Positions 39,540 through 48,555 of a stretch of 64,000 bases of DNA are shown piece after piece. A program made the position numbers and the translations under genes. Every line of letters begins with the position of its first letter. The first letter of the stretch is position 1. The notes under the pieces are model-generated. The model saw only the letters and a list, made by a program, of their open reading frames with translations. It had not been told where the DNA came from and made no database searches. The stretch spans positions 16,562 to 80,561 of the IMG/VR virus record IMGVR_UViG_3300042154_002686; one strand, 5' to 3'. Source of the stretch: a virus.

Positions 39540-39818
39540 ATGTTCCCACGCAATACTGACCCCACCCGTTCCGACCTCATCGACTTCATTCAGACCATTC
39601 CATGCCTCGCAGGTGAGGAGGGTCTAAACGACAGTATTGAGTTCGCTATCCATGCCTTCGCCACGGAAAACTACAACGGACAGTTCTCCAACCTGTATGC
39701 CGTCATCTGTGCCTCCCCTGTCCGTTCCTTCGACACCATCGACAGGGACTGGCTGGAAGCGAACGACCATACGGCTTGCTACATCTACGATAGCATCAAT
39801 TCCGAGTTCGCTTGTTAG
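39540..39818 (+). CDS. Cassette small acidic protein
   Basis: AIHAFA..YNGQFSNLY. Confidence 0.7.
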   Translation: MFPRNTDPTRSDLIDFIQTIPCLAGEEGLNDSIEFAIHAFATENYNGQFSNLYAVICASPVRSFDTIDRDWLEANDHTACYIYDSINSEFAC

Positions 39819-39935
39819 TCCACGCTGGGGGGATGCTTAACGCATCCCTTTGGTGCGGGGGTAGGCTCGGTAATTGACCGAACTTTCATAAAGATTTTGC
39901 TCGGCAAGCGACCATCTTTCTGCATGATACTAAAC

Positions 39936-40466
39936 ATGGAAATCACTCCAATGGGGTTCACCTCCGACAGCGTCTCCCCCGCTGTCCTCACCGCCAACGC
40001 CACCGCCTTCGTGGAGGCTTGCAAGTCCCGCAAGGGTCAGTTCATCAAGTTGGACTACAAGTCCAACCCCGCCCCCAAGTCGGAGTTCAAGGGCACGACC
40101 CTCGAAAAGGTGACCGCTGGCATCTTCCGCACGGGGGTGGACTTCTCCAACCTCACCGCTGTTAAGGAGGCGATTGAGAATAAGGAGCGTGGCGAGGTTC
40201 AGTCCCTCCCCAAGGGTCAGACTTGGGCGGTGTTCCCCTTCGTCATCAAGACGGACAAGGGCGGGGAGTTGCTCCGCATCACGGTTGCCAAGGGTCAGTA
40301 TCCCTCGGTGGTCTACAAGGTCGATGGGGTCGAAGTCTCGAAGGAAAACTTTGAGTCTTACCTGCCCAAGTCCAAGCAGTCCGACCCGAACCGTGAACCC
40401 CTGCTGGTCTTTACCATCAAGTCCGAAAACCTTATCAGCGTGGCGGGCACGGAACTCACCGAATAA
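39936..40466 (+). CDS. Cassette protein (176 aa)
   Basis: MEITPMGF...; ATG 77 nt after heptamer. Confidence 0.75.
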   Translation: MEITPMGFTSDSVSPAVLTANATAFVEACKSRKGQFIKLDYKSNPAPKSEFKGTTLEKVTAGIFRTGVDFSNLTAVKEAIENKERGEVQSLPKGQTWAVFPFVIKTDKGGELLRITVAKGQYPSVVYKVDGVEVSKENFESYLPKSKQSDPNREPLLVFTIKSENLISVAGTELTE

Positions 40467-40657
40467 GGGGTGAGGCAGGGGGGAGGTGGGACTCCCCCCT
40501 GTTAGTGCCTCCCAAAACCCAAGACCCCCCACGGGGTCAAAGGGCGGGGTAGGTTCTGTATGAGATGGAAATAAATGAAAATTGTGTTGAACTGTGAACC
40601 CCAATCTGCATTATCAGTTGAGTCGAAAGACACCAACAAACCAAAAAACACCAAAAC

Positions 40658-40819
40658 ATGACCGACCCCCACGACTACGAATACGACTACGAAAGCGATG
40701 ACGACCGCATGGACAGGGAGGATGCCCAATCCGAAGCCGAAGGCTCGGGCTACTACCGAGATATGCCCGTCCGCAACGAGGATGGCGAAATCATCGACTC
40801 CTCTGGCTGGGGAGTGTAA
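40658..40819 (+). CDS. Very acidic 53-aa peptide
   Basis: MTDPHDYEYDYESDDDRMDREDAQSEAEG...; GTCGAAAGAC leader. Confidence 0.7.
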   Translation: MTDPHDYEYDYESDDDRMDREDAQSEAEGSGYYRDMPVRNEDGEIIDSSGWGV

Positions 40820-40966
40820 AGTAATCGCCTCACCCGAAAGGGTGGGGCTTCTTTGTGTCCAATGGGGGTAGGTATGTAATGCCGTCAAACAATCATAAAT
40901 AGTTCTTGTATTTTGAGGCATCTGTGCTATTGTTACAGTCCATCACCAACCCAACAAAACACCAAA

Positions 40967-41212
40967 ATGAGCAATATGTCTTACTGTCGGTTCAGCAACA
41001 CGGCCTCGGATATGCAGGACTGCGTGGACGAGTGGAACGAAGGAGTGTCGAGCAAGGATGAAGCCATCGCCCGCAAGGAGATGGTCGAACTTGCCGAGCG
41101 TATCCTTGAACTCTATCAGCAGGATAGAGGCATGGTCAACAACCTCGAACTCAATGCCGAAGGCAGGGAGATGGAGGGCGATGACGAGGACGAGACCGAG
41201 GAGGAGGGTTAA
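40967..41212 (+). CDS. MSNMSYCRF-type phage protein, paralog of 49088
   Basis: MSNMSYCRF.NT..D..DCV. Confidence 0.8.
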   Translation: MSNMSYCRFSNTASDMQDCVDEWNEGVSSKDEAIARKEMVELAERILELYQQDRGMVNNLELNAEGREMEGDDEDETEEEG

Positions 41213-41343
41213 GCCCTCCTTTCCAAGACAGCCCACGGGCTGTTCCTTGGCGGGGGGTAGGCTTCTTAATTGACCGAACTTTCGTAAAGATTTGGGTTGT
41301 AGATGACCTCAATCCATGCATTATTGTAAGTCTAATCCCTCCC

Positions 41344-42177
41344 ATGACCACCACCACCGCCCCCAAGTCCACGGTTGCCGATGTTATCGCTGACCGCTTC
41401 ATCAAGTCCCTCGAAAACGGAGTCGCCCCTTGGCAAAAGCCGTGGGCGAGCGTCCGCCCCCAGAACGGTGTCAGCCGTAAGCCTTACAAGGGCGTAAACG
41501 CCTTCATGCTGGCCTTCTTCGGGGGTGATGACTACTTCCTCACTTACAAGCAAGCCAAAGCCCTTGGCGGGCAGGTGGAAGAGGGTGCAAAGGGTATCCC
41601 CGTGACCTTCTGGAAGCGTATGGAGAAGAAGGACAAAAGCGGGGACTATCTGGTTTGCCGATACTACACGGTTTTCCCCGTGTCCAAGTGCGGACTCCCC
41701 GACTTCAAACGGGCGAACAAGGTCATTACCTTCTCCCCCGTAGAACTTGCCGAGGTCGTTCTTGCGAAGAACACGACCCCCGTCAGCCACGGCGGAGCCT
41801 CGGCTTACTACACGCCCTCCAAGCATGCAATCCAGATGCCCAATAAGGAGTCCTTCAAGTCGGTTGCTAACTATTACGCAACCCTCTTCCATGAGATTGG
41901 GCACTCCCTCGGGGAGCACTCCTCGGACTCCTTCGGGGGTGAGGTCTACGCAAAGGAGGAACTTGTGGCCGAACTTTTCGCCTCGATTGCCCTCCAACAT
42001 TGCGGACTCCTCGAAAGCGTAAACTTCGACAATTCGACCGCTTACCTCGGGTCTTGGCTGAAAGCCCTTAATGATGATAAGACTCTCATCCAGAAAGCCA
42101 GCACGGAAGCCTTCAAGCGGTGGGAGAAACTGATGGGCAAGGTCGAAGAGGAGGTCGAGGAGGAGGTCGAGGCATAA
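41344..42177 (+). CDS. ardC: ArdC-family ssDNA-binding antirestriction protein (DUF1738 + zincin)
   Basis: PWQKPW, YKGVN, FLTYKQA..LGGQV, AYYTP..H.IQMP, YYATLFHEIGH, YAKEELVAE, YLGSWL. Confidence 0.88.
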   Translation: MTTTTAPKSTVADVIADRFIKSLENGVAPWQKPWASVRPQNGVSRKPYKGVNAFMLAFFGGDDYFLTYKQAKALGGQVEEGAKGIPVTFWKRMEKKDKSGDYLVCRYYTVFPVSKCGLPDFKRANKVITFSPVELAEVVLAKNTTPVSHGGASAYYTPSKHAIQMPNKESFKSVANYYATLFHEIGHSLGEHSSDSFGGEVYAKEELVAELFASIALQHCGLLESVNFDNSTAYLGSWLKALNDDKTLIQKASTEAFKRWEKLMGKVEEEVEEEVEA

Positions 42178-42331
42178 GACCTCGGGGGTGGGGGCTGTTA
42201 GCCCTCACCCTTTTTTGTGTCCTCCCAAAAGGGCAAGGCACGGAGTAGGTTCCTTAATTGACCGAACAATCGTATGGGGGGTCAAAGATTGTTCTCGCCT
42301 TTTGGGTGAAAGTGGTCATGCTGTATGTCCG

Positions 42332-42622
42332 ATGAATAACACCACACCCACACACACGCTCCGCTTCACCTCTAACATGGTCTTCTGCAAGACCGAGTTT
42401 ATGGCATCAGAGGAGTCCGTCACCCACGCCCTTAACATCCTGCAAGGCGAGCCAGACCTTGAACTCATGGTCGAGGTCAAGGAGACCCCCATGTCCGCAG
42501 GTCAAGAGTTCCCTTGCCTCTATCGGGTCAGCCCCACCAAGCCCGACCCCGAAGGGGATGCCTTTTGGTTTCTGACCGCAACCCTCTCAAACGGGCAGGA
42601 AGTTTATCTCCTGCAACGGTAA
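42332..42622 (+). CDS. Cassette small protein
   Basis: MNNTTPTH... Confidence 0.65.
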   Translation: MNNTTPTHTLRFTSNMVFCKTEFMASEESVTHALNILQGEPDLELMVEVKETPMSAGQEFPCLYRVSPTKPDPEGDAFWFLTATLSNGQEVYLLQR

Positions 42623-42663
42623 AATAAACTTGCAATCCATCCAACTCTAATCATACTCTCCTT

Positions 42664-42870
42664 ATGAATAACCTCAATACCTGTTCGTGCGGTAGCGGCA
42701 AGCCTTCCTTCTGGATTAATGACGGGCACGGCATCCCGCTGTGCAAGGTCTGCCCGACCTGCAAGGCGACCAAGTTGAAGGGGTATCGGTCGGACATTAT
42801 GACGGCTTACTCGGCAGACGAGCCGATTGACGGGGACGGCTTTGCCGACTACGGAAACGAGGGCTGGTAG
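42664..42870 (+). CDS. Small Zn-finger-like protein
   Basis: CSCGSG...D..GIPLCKVCPTC; own promoter. Confidence 0.7.
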   Translation: MNNLNTCSCGSGKPSFWINDGHGIPLCKVCPTCKATKLKGYRSDIMTAYSADEPIDGDGFADYGNEGW

Positions 42871-42997
42871 CCCTTCTTTTTGGGAGCCCCGAGGGGGGCT
42901 CTCTTTGCGGGGGTAGGCTCTTAATGACGGCAATTTGTCGTAAATGAGACTTGTAAATGACCCCGACCTGTGCATCATGTATTGTCTATCACCTCCC

Positions 42998-43210
42998 ATG
43001 AAAGACCCAAAAATCCACGCCATCGTCTCCGACCTCTACTACCTCTGGCTCGACCAGATTGATGTTCGGAATACCTCCAAGTATGGAACTGCCAAATACG
43101 CCAAGGCGGAAGCCAAGGCTGACGAGTATGAGAACAAGGCTTCCATGATGGTCTTTGGAGACCACCTCCATACCATGACCGAGTGCTTCTACGGCAGGGA
43201 GGAAGAATAA
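42998..43210 (+). CDS. Cassette small protein
   Basis: MKDPKIH... Confidence 0.65.
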   Translation: MKDPKIHAIVSDLYYLWLDQIDVRNTSKYGTAKYAKAEAKADEYENKASMMVFGDHLHTMTECFYGREEE

Positions 43211-43258
43211 TCCAAAATAACACTTGCAATTTATCCAAACCCATACATACTACTAAAC

Positions 43259-43618
43259 ATGATGAAAATCAAAGAAACCCCCACCCACTTCTCCGAAACC
43301 ACCGTTAAGGACGGCAAGGTTTATTTTGACGGCCATGTTGCCGTCCTGTTTTCCGTTGGCTTTGGTGCTGGCTGGTCTACTTGGAACAGGGATGTGGACT
43401 GCCTGTTTACCCCCGCTATTGTCGAGCAGGTCATGCAGGGCGAAGTCACGCAGGAGTTTGCCAAGTCGTGCTACTCCGATGCCCCTTACTTCTATGCTGG
43501 GGGCAATGACGGCCTGTCCATCGCATGGGTCAAGGTCGGGACGAAGTTCCGCATCACGGAATACGATGGTGCGGAGGGTATCGAGACTCTCGACCAGACC
43601 GATTGGAAGACGGCTTGA
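43259..43618 (+). CDS. Phage hypothetical protein
   Basis: VAVLFS.GFGAGWSTWN...FRITEYDGAE motif. Confidence 0.75.
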   Translation: MMKIKETPTHFSETTVKDGKVYFDGHVAVLFSVGFGAGWSTWNRDVDCLFTPAIVEQVMQGEVTQEFAKSCYSDAPYFYAGGNDGLSIAWVKVGTKFRITEYDGAEGIETLDQTDWKTA

Positions 43619-43743
43619 TAGTCGTGCCAGAGTCCAGCCTTACGGCTGGGCTCCATGCCGTGGGGGTAGGTTTCTTGCGGGCATAAAATAGTTCTTGTAT
43701 TTTGAGCCATTCCATGCACAATGTCTTTCTCATCACCCAACAC

Positions 43744-44064
43744 ATGAACAACAACACCACCCCCCTGTCCGCTTTCTTGGCGGAACACACCACCCACCTC
43801 CCCTCGGAAGTCCTTGTCCTCTGGATGGACAACCTTAACGAGACCGTCCCGACCCGCAAGTTGCTCGACCAAGCGGAAGACGCTTACATTGGCGAGTTCC
43901 GAGACTTCACCCGCCTTGCCGAGCATCTGGTAGACGAGTCGGGCATGCTCTCTAACATCCCCTCCGAAATCGCCAACTATTTCGATTATGAGAAGTATGG
44001 CAACGACCTCCGACTTGGCGGGGATGTCTGGGAGTCGGATGGGCACTTCTTCCGCAACATCTAA
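43744..44064 (+). CDS. ardA: ArdA-like antirestriction (DNA mimic) protein, short form
   Basis: YIGEF...AEHLVDE.G.L..IP.EI.NYFDYEKYG.DL. Confidence 0.8.
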   Translation: MNNNTTPLSAFLAEHTTHLPSEVLVLWMDNLNETVPTRKLLDQAEDAYIGEFRDFTRLAEHLVDESGMLSNIPSEIANYFDYEKYGNDLRLGGDVWESDGHFFRNI

Positions 44065-44077
44065 TCCAACACCAACC

Positions 44078-44245
44078 ATGAAAAAACCCAAAATCAAAAA
44101 CACCGTGGACACGGAACAAGTCCTCGCTTGGCTCGGGGACGACGACACCCTTGAACAGGCTATCGAAATCATTGCCGACATTGCAAACGGGGACTACAAG
44201 CCCAACTTGCTCCGACAGGAAATCACCGATTATAACCAAGAATAA
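44078..44245 (+). CDS. Hypothetical protein
   Basis: MKKPKIK...IADIANGDY. Confidence 0.65.
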   Translation: MKKPKIKNTVDTEQVLAWLGDDDTLEQAIEIIADIANGDYKPNLLRQEITDYNQE

Positions 44246-44499
44246 TGGAAACTATGAACGACATTGAAAAGCAAATTGTGGCATTAAACTCTGATTATCT
44301 CACCTGCCCCGAGACCCTGCCTCGGGCGTGGTCGGAGATGACTCCGAGCGAGCAAGCCATGACCATCTGGTTCGTTAAGGGGCGTTCCTTCTTCTATGTG
44401 GATAAGATTGCCCGCCATGTGGTCGCCTGTGCCATCGAGAAGAACGGTGGGACGATTACCGAAGAAGAGGCGACTCGGCTCTGGGGGCTGTTTCACTGA
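44245..44499 (+). CDS. Hypothetical protein
   Basis: TAATG stop-start coupling. Confidence 0.6.
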   Translation: METMNDIEKQIVALNSDYLTCPETLPRAWSEMTPSEQAMTIWFVKGRSFFYVDKIARHVVACAIEKNGGTITEEEATRLWGLFH

Positions 44500-44618
44500 C
44501 ACCCCTCATTTTTCCGACCCCCCGTCAACGGGGGCAAGGCGGGGTAGGCTTCTAATTGAGCGAAACATTTCATTAGATTTTTCTTGAACTTTGGTTCAAA
44601 CTATGAATAATGATTTGA

Positions 44619-44792
44619 ATGAACCACCCCATCCGATATAACATCAATGACTACATCTACGCAGAAGCGGAAGTTATCCGTGCCCACCGCTACGGAAACC
44701 TTGCCGAGCAAATCAAGGCAACGGAACACAAGCAGAAAGTCCTCAAAGCCATGGAAGAACAGCGAAAGGAAGACGAAGAAAACCGAAAATAA
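44619..44792 (+). CDS. Cassette peptide (57 aa)
   Basis: MNHPIRYN...; ATG 77 nt after heptamer; TGAAC-N4-GTTCA over the -35 (44585-44598). Confidence 0.65.
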   Translation: MNHPIRYNINDYIYAEAEVIRAHRYGNLAEQIKATEHKQKVLKAMEEQRKEDEENRK

Positions 44793-44832
44793 ATCTCGAC
44801 AAAAGAGAAAAACCATGCACAATGACTCTCGT

Positions 44833-44973
44833 ATGAAAACCAAATCCATCAAGTTCATCGACATTATGACCAGCGTCCGCAAGGTCGGGGGTCGGGCTTC
44901 CTCTGTCTTCATCGGCAAGAAAGCCAAGGTTCGTGCCAACCGCCACGCTTGGAAGAAGGAGGAACTCGTCTAA
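44833..44973 (+). CDS. Basic 46-aa peptide, paralog of 35441
   Basis: IMTSVRKVGGRASSVFIGKKAKVRANRHAWKKEE. Confidence 0.75.
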   Translation: MKTKSIKFIDIMTSVRKVGGRASSVFIGKKAKVRANRHAWKKEELV

Positions 44974-45227
44974 TGCGAACCAACTCAAAAGTCACGAAGG
45001 AGGAACTCCGCATGGCCTCCGAGGAGACTCGCTACATCCTCAAAAAGCCTCCGCTTGAATACGCCAACACCGATGCTGGGTTTGGTGCGGCTACGAGGGA
45101 CTTTGAATTCCTCATGGACTACGCCCTTGGGACTGACGAGGGAGAGGTCATCAACAACGCCTTGGATTGGAAACGCTGGGAACTCCAAGCGTATTACAAG
45201 AAACTCCACGGATGGGACATTGTTTAA
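44973..45227 (+). CDS. Hypothetical protein
   Basis: TAATG coupling; MRTNSK. Confidence 0.6.
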   Translation: MRTNSKVTKEELRMASEETRYILKKPPLEYANTDAGFGAATRDFEFLMDYALGTDEGEVINNALDWKRWELQAYYKKLHGWDIV

Positions 45228-45229
45228 TT

Positions 45230-45424
45230 ATGAGCAATCAGACATTCCGAGTTAAGAACATCGAGACGGGAGAAATCCATGTCTGGGATGCCAAGCGGGT
45301 TCTTGCGGAAATCAACCGAGACCGCTATGACGAGTGGATGAACTATGACGAGGATGACGACATTCGTGGGGCTTGGAACATCTGGGTCGAGGATGGAGAA
45401 CCTTGGCGGATGTTGGACGAGTAA
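45230..45424 (+). CDS. Hypothetical acidic protein
   Basis: W....VL.EINRDR..EW..YDE.D. Confidence 0.7.
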   Translation: MSNQTFRVKNIETGEIHVWDAKRVLAEINRDRYDEWMNYDEDDDIRGAWNIWVEDGEPWRMLDE

Positions 45425-45541
45425 GTAGTCGAGCCCCTTCGGGGGCTCTTCTTTTGTCTTGCCGTGGTAGGCTTTTAATGACGGCAGATTGTCGTAAAAT
45501 TGTGTTGTATTAACGCCAGAAGTGTGAACAATGTCTCTCGT

Positions 45542-45763
45542 ATGAACAACCTCATCCATCCCTCCCTCCGTTCCCTTCACGCCCTCCGAGATGTTGAAGG
45601 GGATGCCATTGACCCTCACTTCTCTTGGAGTCCCTGCGAGTGCTGTGGAGACCGCCTTGGCGGTAATCGCTACGACTGTGAAGCCCTTGCCGTTGAGAAC
45701 GGGGTTCTGGTTCAACTCGACAACTGCTCGGCTTGCCCCGACTGCATTGTGAAGTTTCAGTAA
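45542..45763 (+). CDS. Small Zn-finger-like protein
   Basis: FSWSPCECCG..LGGNR...CPDC; ATG 77 nt after heptamer. Confidence 0.7.
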   Translation: MNNLIHPSLRSLHALRDVEGDAIDPHFSWSPCECCGDRLGGNRYDCEALAVENGVLVQLDNCSACPDCIVKFQ

Positions 45764-45819
45764 AATAAACTTGCATTAATAAAAAAACCTGCCATACTGC
45801 ATCTCACATCACCAATACT

Positions 45820-46125
45820 ATGAACCTCGGCATCGAATACAAAATCAAATACTTCACCAACTACGAAACAAAGGAGGAGAAGGAGATTGTTATCACCATG
45901 GACAAGGTAGACAACCTCTACATTGGCAAGGGCAATTCCTGCCGTTGCGGATGCGGGGGCGACTATTTTGAAATTGATGAAAACGAGCGAGCCATCGAGA
46001 AATCCCTGCGACAAATGTCCAGCGGTGAATACGAGGTTCGCTCCATTGAGGACTACATCTTCGAAATCACCACCAGCGTAAATGGTGACTACGAGCGTGT
46101 GAAAACGCTCTACCTCAAAAAATAA
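45820..46125 (+). CDS. Hypothetical protein
   Basis: Y.GK...CRCGCGGDY; own promoter. Confidence 0.7.
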   Translation: MNLGIEYKIKYFTNYETKEEKEIVITMDKVDNLYIGKGNSCRCGCGGDYFEIDENERAIEKSLRQMSSGEYEVRSIEDYIFEITTSVNGDYERVKTLYLKK

Positions 46126-46164
46126 ACCTTGCAAAAACAGAAAAACCTGTTATCTTGTATCTCT

Positions 46165-46461
46165 ATGAATAACCCCGAACAGTTCCAGAAAGTTAAGAAT
46201 GAAGTCACGGACGAAATCGTAAAGCGATACGGACACCCTGTGTCCTTTTGGGAGAAGTTCCAAATCAAGAACATTGTCGGCAAGGTCATGGCGGAGGCGG
46301 ACAAGAATGGGGAGGCTTGCCTCATCTACCAAGCCGTAGCAGAAATGGCGGAAAAGATGCACGAAGAATGCGTGGTGGAGTTTGAAGACGAATTGGAGTG
46401 CAAGCAGAGGTCTGGCCGTGTTCTTGGCATTTGTTGCCATGCGAACGCACTTTGTGGCTAA
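46165..46461 (+). CDS. Hypothetical protein
   Basis: Own promoter; MNNPEQF. Confidence 0.6.
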   Translation: MNNPEQFQKVKNEVTDEIVKRYGHPVSFWEKFQIKNIVGKVMAEADKNGEACLIYQAVAEMAEKMHEECVVEFEDELECKQRSGRVLGICCHANALCG

Positions 46462-46585
46462 CCGTAGCACCCTGTTAAAACACCCCTCTGGGGGTGTGTT
46501 TAGCACGGGGGTAGGCTTTTAATTGCACGAAGATTGTCGTAAAATGTTGTTGCCTTTGACCCCAAAGTGTGAATGATGTATGTCT

Positions 46586-46912
46586 ATGACCACCCATACT
46601 ACTCCTCGATACTACCTCACCCCCTGCATCGGCTCGACCGAGCAAAAGAGTGACGGCATCCGCTACATCATGGCAGAGCCGTCTTACATCCGCTCGCTTG
46701 TGCGTGAAGCAGTTAAGAGTGGCAATACCGACACCTTCTCCGAAGAGGTTATCATCCACTCGAAGGATGGCGGTGACAACTCCCCGCAGGACTCCGAAGT
46801 CTATGTTGCCCGATTTGACACCCATGCTTCTTGGGGTCTCCGTCTTGACATTGACATTGACGAGTCTTCTACGCAGACCCTCTGGCTCGAATTCGTTCGA
46901 GACGCTAACTAA
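46586..46912 (+). CDS. Cassette protein
   Basis: ATG 77 nt after heptamer. Confidence 0.65.
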   Translation: MTTHTTPRYYLTPCIGSTEQKSDGIRYIMAEPSYIRSLVREAVKSGNTDTFSEEVIIHSKDGGDNSPQDSEVYVARFDTHASWGLRLDIDIDESSTQTLWLEFVRDAN

Positions 46913-46914
46913 TC

Positions 46915-47088
46915 ATGGAAGACCAAGATAAGCACCGCATGGCAGAGGTTCGAGACCTTGTGCTTTATGTTATCCGAGCAAAGGACAAGTTGGATGGGCA
47001 GGGTGAACCTGCCCGTTCCGAGAACCTTGCCAGAATTCGAGAAGCCCAGATGCGACTTGAAGTCATAAAGGCAGAGATGGGGTTATGA
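46915..47088 (+). CDS. Hypothetical peptide (57 aa)
   Basis: MEDQDKHR..., translated by hand. Confidence 0.5.
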   Translation: MEDQDKHRMAEVRDLVLYVIRAKDKLDGQGEPARSENLARIREAQMRLEVIKAEMGL

Positions 47089-47136
47089 CCCCATTTTTGC
47101 CACCCCCCCTCACAGGCAAACAACTGGGGTAGGCTT

Positions 47137-47337
47137 TTAAATAGTTCGGAAGAAGGGGGGCATGCTTTGTAGAAAGAACTTTGCCGCTTCAACCATGTCC
47201 TCGTCTGTCCACTTCTTTTCGAGTTCAGCCACCCCAGACTCTTTCAAAAGGTTTCTATATTTCTCGCAAGCCATCTTGTGACTGTCGGTTCCGACCGATG
47301 AGACCAGTTCAACTGACAGGAGTCTGTATTTATCCAT
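47137..47337 (-). CDS. Hypothetical protein, inverted unit
   Basis: Minus-strand TTGACA-N16-CATACT promoter upstream of the ATG. Confidence 0.6.
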   Translation of the reverse strand: MDKYRLLSVELVSSVGTDSHKMACEKYRNLLKESGVAELEKKWTDEDMVEAAKFFLQSMPPFFRTI

Positions 47338-47521
47338 GACGATTAGTATGTATTAAGTTGGGGCATTGTCAATACGCAATTAGATAAATTTAGATTTGAC
47401 TTTGGCTGTAAATATGTTATCATGTATGGATGCTACTACTCACACCGTTCACATGTTATTCACACCCTGTTGTTCTATTCCTCTTGACACAACAGCAAAA
47501 CTATGCATCGTAATTACCACT

Positions 47522-47929
47522 ATGGAATACGCAATGTTTGATGTTGTAATTAAGTTTCACGACTCTGATGAGCCAGAGGCTGTCGTTGTCTCTGTTGGAG
47601 ATGACCAGCCAGAAGAAGGCTCTGATGATGATGTTATTGCCTTTTATCATTTTTTCATTGATGAGTTTGCCGAGTGTTGCGATACTCTGTCGCAGGGCTT
47701 TAAATATAAGGTCAATGATGAGTTTTCCGTCCTTAACCATGGCACATACTATGTTGAAAGCAAGAAACAGCGTATGATACTTGAGCCAGAGGAAGCCCTG
47801 CTCGTAGATGACATGTCTGACGAGGAGATTGACGCTTTTAATGCCGACATTCAGCGACAACTTGAAGAAGGCGGAGACGGAGAAGAAATCAAGGAAGAAG
47901 AGAAGCCAGACGAAGGAGTCGGTCTTTAA
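47522..47929 (+). CDS. Very acidic protein
   Basis: Own TTGACA promoter; D/E-rich. Confidence 0.65.
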   Translation: MEYAMFDVVIKFHDSDEPEAVVVSVGDDQPEEGSDDDVIAFYHFFIDEFAECCDTLSQGFKYKVNDEFSVLNHGTYYVESKKQRMILEPEEALLVDDMSDEEIDAFNADIQRQLEEGGDGEEIKEEEKPDEGVGL

Positions 47930-48019
47930 TCAAGAGGGGCACAGTTAGTGCCCCTTTTTTGTTCCCACCCCATATCAGCAAACAACGGGGGTAGGCTTTT
48001 ATCGGGATAGTAAATACTG

Positions 48020-48249
48020 AAAGACCCCCCACCCCGTAAAGCGGATGTGGAGGGTCAGTTGTATGAGTAACACCGTCATCAGCAACTACCAATTAATCGG
48101 AGACTTTTCATAACCCTTTACATACTACTCTGGTTAGACCAATCGAGTATGTTCGGCTCACCGCTGGTAGTCGGTGGCAGTCCTTACGGATACTGCAAGG
48201 GGGCGGGCCTCACGGCTTGTCGCATCTCCAAAGTGTTAGAATGAACTAT
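48020..48249 (-). ncRNA. Putative structured ncRNA 2
   Basis: TTGACA (48278-83) and CATCAT (48256-61) promoter; GNRA hairpins (GUGA, GUAA) inside a GGAGA/UCUCC stem; terminator-like hairpin 48019-56. Confidence 0.55.
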
Positions 48250-48289
48250 GCATACATGATGCATACCTTTCTTCTAATGTCAAGACCAA

Positions 48290-48460
48290 CTTGAACATCC
48301 TTTGCTTTTAGAGACGGGAACCTTTCGGTTATTTGTCCCGCCCCCTCTGTCTGCAAAGGCATCTCGGGGTCAGTATATCCGCTGGCATCATTTCCCCGCT
48401 TTGGACACGGAGCGATTATCGGGCGACCAGACCTTGCCACAAGTCATTTCAAATAACGAT
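48290..48460 (-). ncRNA. Putative structured ncRNA 1
   Basis: TTGCAA (48490-95) and CATCAT (48468-73) promoter; nested CCUUUGC/GCAAAGG stem with AACC-GAAA-GGUU. Confidence 0.5.
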
Positions 48461-48555
48461 AAGACACATGATGCATAACTTGGGTTGGATTGCAACACAA
48501 TTCTTTCTGAAAGATTGTGCTTGAAAAAACAAGAAAGCCATGCATCATGTGTGGT

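Noticed and set aside
48060-48115. Hammerhead ribozyme (minus-strand CUGAUGA with upstream GAAA; another CUGAUGA near 16947)
   Set aside because: Could not build stems I-III with the required A15.1-U16.1 pair and UH cleavage site
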